26,876 bases of DNA, taken from positions 1-26,876 of the IMG/VR virus record IMGVR_UViG_3300022217_000303, one strand, 5' to 3'. This document shows, one piece after another, positions 7,994 through 13,944 of the stretch; within the stretch, counting starts at the first letter, position 1, and every line of letters starts with the position of its first letter. The notes beneath the pieces were generated by a model that made no database searches, had not been told where the DNA came from, and saw only the letters and a program-made list of their open reading frames with translations. The position numbers were made by a program, and so were the translations under genes. The DNA comes from a virus. Taxonomy: Duplodnaviria; Caudoviricetes.

Positions 7994-9236
7994 ACCTGAA
8001 CCGTTGACGAATAAAGAGGCCGTCGCTTTCTGGGGAGATAAGATCCTTCTCTCCCCAGGCGACTATGCCTCACTTACGGATGAGGCGAAACTCCATGCCT
8101 TTTCCGTTTCCGGTATTGCCAGAGGTTCGGAGTTGACAACGGTCTATGAATCGCTGCAAAAGGCCCTGAATGACGGCATTACTTATGACCAGTTCAAAAA
8201 GTCTGCAGCCGAAGTTTTTGAGAAAAGAGGCTGGACGGGAAAGCGTGCATGGAGGGTAGATAATATCTTTCGAACCAACGTCCAGCAGGCCTACAGCATA
8301 GGCCGTTATAAGCAGATGAAGGCTGTTACCGATTTGCGGCCTTACTGGATGTATGACGCTGTTAACGACAGTGGAACGAGGCCGACACATAGGGCATTAA
8401 ACGGCAAGGTCTATCCGGCTGATCATCCCTTCTGGGATACCTGGTATCCGTTAAACGGATTCAGGTGCCGTTGCGGTGCGACAACATTGTCTGAAAGACA
8501 GCTTAAAAAGAAAGGTCTCAAGGTAGAGACAAAAGATTTAACGGGAATGCTCATCGAACCTGAATTGCCGAATGGGACAAAACTTCCGGCCAGGCTTTTA
8601 ATGCCTGATCCCGGTTTTTCCTACCATCCGGGAAAGCAGGTTTATGGCGGGCTCGTTGAAAATGAAAAGCCGGGTGTTTGGAGATCTCTTCCCGGCATAA
8701 AAAAACCTGCCCATTACAGGCGACGGGATTTAAAGAACGTCCGCCCGGCAGATATCGATGATATTAGTGCAACGCAACTCCTTAAGAAGGGGGAAGGTGA
8801 TGCTTTTTACAAGAGTGAATTTATCAAGCGCTACGGTGAAGAGAAGGTCTTAACGGATGCTAACCGTGATCCGGTTATTTTATCGCTCAGATCATTCCTG
8901 GTTGATAAAACGCCGGGAGCAAAAGAGGTATGGAAGTTCGGCAAATCGGGACACGGGGAAAGCATACCCCTGCTGGCTGAAATGATCGAAAAGCCCTATG
9001 AAATATGGCTGACGCCCCAGGTGAATGAAGACGGCAGGATCAGGTTGAGCAAGCGCTATGTTTCGCTATGGAAAAGCCCTGACAAGAAGAAAGTGGGCGG
9101 CTTGATGGTCTTTGAAGTGGATGGCGGCGTATTCAGGGGCGTAACGGCCTTTATCCCTTTAAAGAAAGGTGAGCCTGATTTGAAATATGCGGAAAGGGTA
9201 AGGGAAGGTTTATTGCTGTGGGGTAAAGGGCGTTGA
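7983..9236 (+). CDS. MuF/SPP1 gp7 head morphogenesis protein with C-terminal PBECR2-like predicted RNase domain
   Basis: IFRTNVQQAYSIGR, YDAVNDSGTRPTH and YPLNGFRCRC MuF motifs. The C-terminal extension has PYEIW, KRYV, GVTAF and REGLLLW, a pattern recognised by eye as BECR-fold PBECR2. Confidence 0.82.
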   Translation: MKVKPEPLTNKEAVAFWGDKILLSPGDYASLTDEAKLHAFSVSGIARGSELTTVYESLQKALNDGITYDQFKKSAAEVFEKRGWTGKRAWRVDNIFRTNVQQAYSIGRYKQMKAVTDLRPYWMYDAVNDSGTRPTHRALNGKVYPADHPFWDTWYPLNGFRCRCGATTLSERQLKKKGLKVETKDLTGMLIEPELPNGTKLPARLLMPDPGFSYHPGKQVYGGLVENEKPGVWRSLPGIKKPAHYRRRDLKNVRPADIDDISATQLLKKGEGDAFYKSEFIKRYGEEKVLTDANRDPVILSLRSFLVDKTPGAKEVWKFGKSGHGESIPLLAEMIEKPYEIWLTPQVNEDGRIRLSKRYVSLWKSPDKKKVGGLMVFEVDGGVFRGVTAFIPLKKGEPDLKYAERVREGLLLWGKGR

Positions 9237-9312
9237 CCGGCCTGACGCACAAACCGGCAGCTTGCAGCTGTTCAGGCCGGGGTGGTCCCCCTACACTGCA
9301 AGTTCCCTCAAT
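9228..9312 (-). ncRNA. Candidate pseudoknotted small RNA convergent with the MuF-nuclease gene
   Basis: Interleaved stems 9237-9245/9272-9280 and 9261-9267/9296-9302, plus a GGGG-N4-CCCC hairpin, directly downstream of a minus-strand promoter. Confidence 0.55.
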
Positions 9313-9318
9313 AAAACA

Positions 9319-9347
9319 AGTATAACCTCCCTTTAATGAGAGGTCAA
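9319..9347 (-). promoter_or_regulatory. Antisense sigma70-type promoter
   Basis: Minus strand TTGACC (9347-9342), 17-bp spacer, TATACT (9324-9319). Confidence 0.72.
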
Positions 9348-9360
9348 GAGGAGTAAATCA

Positions 9361-9780
9361 ATGCTTTACTGTGACGCAGGCGACATGACGGACCACGTGC
9401 TGCAAGCCTATATTGACAAGGCGAATGAATTGAATGCGGGCGCTGACAACAGGGCCATTAGTTCCGTCTCCGGAGAGATCGATGACGCCTTACGGCCCTG
9501 GTATGAATTGCCGCTTTCAACAGTCCCTGAAACACTGAAAGTGCTTTGCGCGGTTCTTTCCGCCTGGCGGGTGATAGCGCCAATCGCTTCCCTCATGAAT
9601 GAGCAGGAATTTAAACACATAAAGGAAGCGGAACGGGTGCAGAGGGAAAAGCTAAAAAGCATCGCCAAAGGCCTCGATGTGGGCCTTACGAAAACAGGGG
9701 CAGTCAGTACCGATAAATCATCATTTCAAACGATTTCTCCGGAGAGGACCTTTGATGATGATTTGCTGGATAAATATTAG
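9361..9780 (+). CDS. Mu gp36/J-like head-tail connector (DUF1320)
   Basis: MLYC...AISSVSGEIDDALRPWYELPL..VPETLK...LKSIAKG pattern. Confidence 0.82.
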   Translation: MLYCDAGDMTDHVLQAYIDKANELNAGADNRAISSVSGEIDDALRPWYELPLSTVPETLKVLCAVLSAWRVIAPIASLMNEQEFKHIKEAERVQREKLKSIAKGLDVGLTKTGAVSTDKSSFQTISPERTFDDDLLDKY

Positions 9781-9881
9781 CGCCTTAGAAATAAAATTCT
9801 ACATCTTTTAGCAGAATTTTATTTCGTGAAGGCGCTTATACCCGAAGGGTATTACAGAAGGGCAACCCCCCCTGGTTGCCC
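9779..9881. repeat. Cluster of three tandem inverted repeats
   Basis: Long stem 9779-9836 (AGCGCCTT/AAGGCGCT and GAAATAAAATTCT/AGAATTTTATTTC), ATACCC-GAA-GGGTAT, and GGGCAACC/GGTTGCCC. Confidence 0.65.
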
Positions 9882-9914
9882 ATAAATTGCGACAGACAGG
9901 ATGGAGATTTTAAA

Positions 9915-10409
9915 ATGGCCGGATCATCGATGAAAATGGATTTGAGCGAATTTAATAAAATGACGGGATCTGTCTTTAAAGGCCTGAAGGAAACGCATAA
10001 ACTCACCGCTGCCATAGGTGAGATGGGCGTTTCTTCCATCCGCCGGCGCTTTAAAGATGAGGAAGGCCCTGACGGTGAGGCCTGGGAAAAATCGGGCAGA
10101 GCGGAAGATGAAGGGGGCCAGACGCTTACCAAAACGGCAAAGCTGAAGAATTCCCATACGTATGAGGCGACGGCAACAGAGGTGGCCATAGGAACAAATG
10201 ACGAACGTGCGGCCATTCATCATTTCGGCGGGGAGATTACACCCAAGAAAGGAAAATTCCTGGTCTTTCCGGGAAGGGACGGAAAGCCGGTCTTTGTTGA
10301 AAAGGTAGTTATGCCTGCAAGGCCCGCTGTAGGTTTTAGCGATGATGATCTGGAGGAGATAAAAGACATGACGGCTAATTATCAGAAAAAGATCTTTGGT
10401 GGTAAATGA
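9915..10409 (+). CDS. Phage virion morphogenesis protein (Mu gpG / P2 gpS family); start at ATG 9915
   Basis: RRFKDEEGPDGEAW, LTKTAKLKNS, IGTN..AAIHHFGG and MPARPAVG motifs. Confidence 0.88.
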   Translation: MAGSSMKMDLSEFNKMTGSVFKGLKETHKLTAAIGEMGVSSIRRRFKDEEGPDGEAWEKSGRAEDEGGQTLTKTAKLKNSHTYEATATEVAIGTNDERAAIHHFGGEITPKKGKFLVFPGRDGKPVFVEKVVMPARPAVGFSDDDLEEIKDMTANYQKKIFGGK

Positions 10410-10917
10410 GAGCGCTTGCCAAATCGATAGTTGAAACGGCTGCGAGTGCGGCAGGTATGCCGGTAGCAAATGTCATGGAAAAGCCTGATAAAGCCAGCGC
10501 CCTTCATCCTCTGCCCAGGCTTGAATTTGAAACGCCGGATCAGGACGTTAAGCGTAATAAACGGCTCTTTTGCAAACTTCCCGCGGCTGATCCCGATTAT
10601 GTCGTTCACCGCTATATTACCCATGACATTACCGTCAAGGCGCGGGTCGAGATTATCGGAGATAGCGCTGATTACGTGGAAAGCTTTTTTGTGGCATTTA
10701 TGCAGGCCCTGCCGGGCAAGACCGTTGATGCCGGGAATAACCTGGTAACGGTCAGGCCCGAGCGCGCCGCTACGGGCGGTTATGAATACAGGGCAATTGA
10801 CGCCTTTCCGAAAGGCGCATACCGGTTTGGATAACAGTTAAAGGGGGGCTTTATGAAGATGTAGAAGTCCCTTATGTAAAGAGTATTAACCTGGTTGACG
10901 GTATTAACTATAAATAA
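10406..10917 (+). pseudogene. Neck/tail-completion-position gene with an apparent -1 frameshift near 10810-10820
   Basis: Frame 0 stops at 10834. The -1 frame continues RRIPVWITVKGGLYEDVEVPYVKSINLVDGINYK to TAA 10915-10917, which abuts the next gene's RBS. Confidence 0.6.
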
Positions 10918-10928
10918 GGAGGAAAACT

Positions 10929-11165
10929 ATGGCAAAGGGAAAAGATGAGAAGGGAAAGTCGGTGCAGAAGCCCGTTAAAAAGCCGGTTAAAGAGCCTTTG
11001 AAGGCCGTTGAAGATCTGGCGGCGGAAAAGAGTTTGCAAAGATGGGAACTTGCTGCCCTTCGGCATGCAACTGGCTGGCTGGAAGGAAAGCAGGTAAAAG
11101 CATCGGAGTTTGATGATGCCCTTGAAAGGTTTAGGTGCCGCCGTCAGGGATCGGGAAAGTTATAA
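10929..11165 (+). CDS. Small hypothetical protein preceding the tail sheath
   Basis: TAAGGAGG RBS; 78 aa; position in the tail operon. Confidence 0.75.
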   Translation: MAKGKDEKGKSVQKPVKKPVKEPLKAVEDLAAEKSLQRWELAALRHATGWLEGKQVKASEFDDALERFRCRRQGSGKL

Positions 11166-11170
11166 AAACC

Positions 11171-11253
11171 TCCCCCTTTGAAAAAGGGGGATTGAGGGGG
11201 ATTTTCTGAGTATATGCCAAATCCCCCCTGGCCCCCTTTACTAAAGTGGGGGA
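11171..11253. repeat. Inverted pair of REP-like repeats (REPIN/BIME-like doublet)
   Basis: 11171-11204 is a forward copy and 11219-11253 an inverted, diverged copy of the 7532 element. Confidence 0.7.
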
Positions 11254-11290
11254 TTAAGAATTGTAAATAAAGGATTTAAGGAGGTAAGAA

Positions 11291-12979
11291 ATGGGAGACG
11301 TTTTTGAATATTTGGTTGACGGCACTTCCGGACTTGCGCCGGGAGGCGTCGAGGGAGCCGCCATCGTTTGCGGTGTTTGCTCACTGGGAGATGTGGGCAA
11401 GGGATATCTGCTCGGTAAATCATCGGACCTTGAGGGTATCCTCGGGGTTGGCCCGCTTGTTGACAGGGTAATGGATGTTTTTGCCGCAGGCGGTCAGAAT
11501 CCCGTTGTTATTGCCGTTCCCGTAGCGGGTCAGGATGGCGGTTATATTACCGCCCTGGAGCATACCGGCACAGGTCCTGAAGCTTCGCTTTCCGGTGTGC
11601 CTGCCGGTAATGCCGATGTTGTTGTCGAGATTGTCCTTGGCGGAGCCCTGGGTGTAGCTACCTACAAGCTCAGTGAAGACGGCGGGCAGAATTTCAGTGC
11701 TGATACAGCGACGCCTGCCGATGGCCAGATTGCCGTTGGAGCGACGGGCGTAACGATTACCCTGGGCGGCGGTTCGGACCAGGTAGCGGCTGATCAATTC
11801 ACCTTTAATGTGCGGACGGCCATCGGTCCTGTTACAAAGACAGGCACCGGGCCGGATGTTACAGCGGCAGGAACGGTGAAGGCGGCGGCGAGCGTTCTCT
11901 TGCAGATCGTCAAGGGCGGCGCAAGGAATGTGGGAACATATAAACTCAGTGAAGACGGAGGAGACAGCTACGGCGCTGAAAAGACGATCCCTGTTGACGG
12001 GCTTGTTTTAATCGGCAGTACGGGCGTCACTATTACCGTTCCCGACGCCGTCGATATGGTTGCCGGTGATACTTATGACTTTACGCTCAATGCGCCTGTG
12101 CCTTCCATTACAGATGTGATGACGGCCCTTGAGACGCCGCTTAGCCTCTATGACGTGGAATTTATCTATGTGGTCGGGCCGTCTGATTCTGTCGACTGGG
12201 CGGCCATGGGCGTTAAGGCTGATGAACTCTGGAACCTTCACAGACCGACCTTCTTTATCTGTGAAAGCCGGTTGCCCTGGGACGGTGAAACCATCGACGA
12301 ATGGACGGCGGCAATGGTGGCTGAAAAAGCAAGCTACTCTCATCGCTTTGTCAGTGTTTGCGCCGCTTATGGAGAAGTGACGGACAGGACCGGCAAAAGG
12401 ATTACAAGGAACTGGGCCGGTCTTCTGGCCGGGAGATTGCTCTCTATCCCTGTTATGCGGGCCATTGGCAGGGTAAGGGATGCCGGAATTTCCCAGGGGG
12501 CTTTACCGGATAGCTTTAGTTCGGCACATCAGCAGACGCTGGAGGGGGCCGGGTATGTAACGGCCAAGCATTATGCCGGGCTAAGTTCGGTCTACTGGGG
12601 TGATGCAAAGACGCTGGCTGATGTGACTTCCGATTATCAATATATCGAAGTCTTAAGGACCGTATTCAAGGGAGTCAGGAAGGCCCGAATTGCAGCGCTG
12701 GGTTCCATGTATGACGAGGCCGGTGATCCCCTGTCCGAGGGCGGTGCAAGCGGGCTCAACTTCCTGAAGGCAAAAATAGAGAATGGCCTGAATACGATGG
12801 TTGCCGCCGTGCCGCAGGAGATGGCGGCTCATGTCGTCATCATTCCTGACGGACAGGATATTGTCAATAACGGGGTGGCTGTGGAGATGGATTTTATCGG
12901 TATCCCCATTATCAGGAACATCAAGCTCTTTGCCAGCTATAAATATGCCGGATCGGGTTTTGATCCGAGATTGAAATAA
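11291..12979 (+). CDS. Contractile tail sheath protein (DUF2586-like)
   Basis: 562 aa; LGVGPLVD N-terminus, SDYQYIEVLRTVFK..R..R, and C-terminal IPIIRNIKL; upstream of the tube gene. Confidence 0.82.
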   Translation: MGDVFEYLVDGTSGLAPGGVEGAAIVCGVCSLGDVGKGYLLGKSSDLEGILGVGPLVDRVMDVFAAGGQNPVVIAVPVAGQDGGYITALEHTGTGPEASLSGVPAGNADVVVEIVLGGALGVATYKLSEDGGQNFSADTATPADGQIAVGATGVTITLGGGSDQVAADQFTFNVRTAIGPVTKTGTGPDVTAAGTVKAAASVLLQIVKGGARNVGTYKLSEDGGDSYGAEKTIPVDGLVLIGSTGVTITVPDAVDMVAGDTYDFTLNAPVPSITDVMTALETPLSLYDVEFIYVVGPSDSVDWAAMGVKADELWNLHRPTFFICESRLPWDGETIDEWTAAMVAEKASYSHRFVSVCAAYGEVTDRTGKRITRNWAGLLAGRLLSIPVMRAIGRVRDAGISQGALPDSFSSAHQQTLEGAGYVTAKHYAGLSSVYWGDAKTLADVTSDYQYIEVLRTVFKGVRKARIAALGSMYDEAGDPLSEGGASGLNFLKAKIENGLNTMVAAVPQEMAAHVVIIPDGQDIVNNGVAVEMDFIGIPIIRNIKLFASYKYAGSGFDPRLK

Positions 12980-12990
12980 GGAGGTTTTAA

Positions 12991-13419
12991 ATGAGTATTA
13001 ACGGAAATTTATACGACTGGGAATCGGTGGAGATCGTTCTTCCATCCGGTGTGGCCATCGGTGTCGAGGAAATCAGCTATACCGATGAGCAAGGCATCGA
13101 GGGGAGATATGGAAAAGGCTCTACAGCACGAGGCTATGGCAGAAAAAACTATAAGGCATCAGGGAGCATGACGCTCGATAAAGACGAAGCGGCCAGGCTT
13201 CGCTTGTTGCTGGGAGGTTCCGTTTATAAGGCCGTTCCTTTCCCTATTATTGTCAGCTATAGCAATGATGATCAGCCGACCATGGCGGATGTTTTGCCCG
13301 ATGTAAAGATAACCAAGTCCGATACGGGGGCAAAGCAGGATGAAGCCAATGTGGGGAAAGAAAAGTTTGATTTCGAGATCCTATCCCCTATCAAGTGGAA
13401 CGGTATAGACGCCGTTTAA
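12991..13419 (+). CDS. Tail tube protein
   Basis: INGNLYDWESV and YGKG...GYGRKNYKASGSMTL motifs; follows the sheath. Confidence 0.8.
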   Translation: MSINGNLYDWESVEIVLPSGVAIGVEEISYTDEQGIEGRYGKGSTARGYGRKNYKASGSMTLDKDEAARLRLLLGGSVYKAVPFPIIVSYSNDDQPTMADVLPDVKITKSDTGAKQDEANVGKEKFDFEILSPIKWNGIDAV

Positions 13420-13444
13420 TAACTTTTAACTGAGAGGTTCGATT

Positions 13445-13756
13445 ATGAAAAAGGATGGACGGCAGGAAGGGACTGAAGTGCAATATAAGGAATTTAAGTC
13501 GGAGTTTACGGATTTTAGCGATGAGGAAGTTACTTTTTCCTTCCGTTTCCGTAAGCCCAGACCGGCAGAACTGGACCGGTCTAATAAGGAGTCACAAAAG
13601 AACCCTGCAAGGGCCTTTAAAAATCTCTGTCTTACGCTTATCGATCCTGAGCAAAAGGATAATTTTAATGAGGCCGTTAAAGAGTATCCCGGTTTGTCCA
13701 TGAGTTTTGCCAACGAGATTTATGAGCGCATGGGTTTCGGCAGCCTGGGAAAGTAA
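13445..13756 (+). CDS. Tail assembly chaperone (gpG-like)
   Basis: Between tube and tape measure; FRFRKP motif; ends in G GGA AAG TAA. Confidence 0.8.
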   Translation: MKKDGRQEGTEVQYKEFKSEFTDFSDEEVTFSFRFRKPRPAELDRSNKESQKNPARAFKNLCLTLIDPEQKDNFNEAVKEYPGLSMSFANEIYERMGFGSLGK

Positions 13757-13944
13757 TTGCCCGCCATAAGGAGGAACTGTCTGAAATCGGGCAGTACTCC
13801 TCCCTCATCAGTTGCTGGCTCAAGGAATCGCCTGATGATGATATGGACGGGTTTACGGAACAGGCGGCAAAGGCACTGTGGTTGGAAGAGCGTTTTTTTA
13901 AAAGCCTGGCAAAGATAATGTCAGGGTTAATTGGTGGAGTGTGA
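13445..13944 (+). CDS. Tail assembly chaperone G-T fusion via programmed -1 frameshift at GGGAAAG (13747-13753)
   Basis: Lambda-identical slippery heptamer; the -1 frame is open for 63 codons to TGA 13942-13944, overlapping the tape measure start. Confidence 0.8.

Noticed and set aside
9234-9245. Pseudoknot-stimulated stop-codon readthrough of MuF
   Set aside because: A second in-frame TGA follows two codons later (TGA CCG GCC TGA).
9056-9250. 64-aa minus-strand ORF as an immunity protein under the antisense promoter
   Set aside because: It is a shadow of the MuF coding strand; the GTG start lies against a stem with no RBS, and the composition is not protein-like. Not fully excluded.
9237-9302. 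HDV-like/theta ribozyme reading of the pseudoknot on the plus strand
   Set aside because: A P1, P2 and P4-like order is present, but only 4 nt separate P2 from the P1 3' strand, so the essential P3/L3/P1.1 core is missing.
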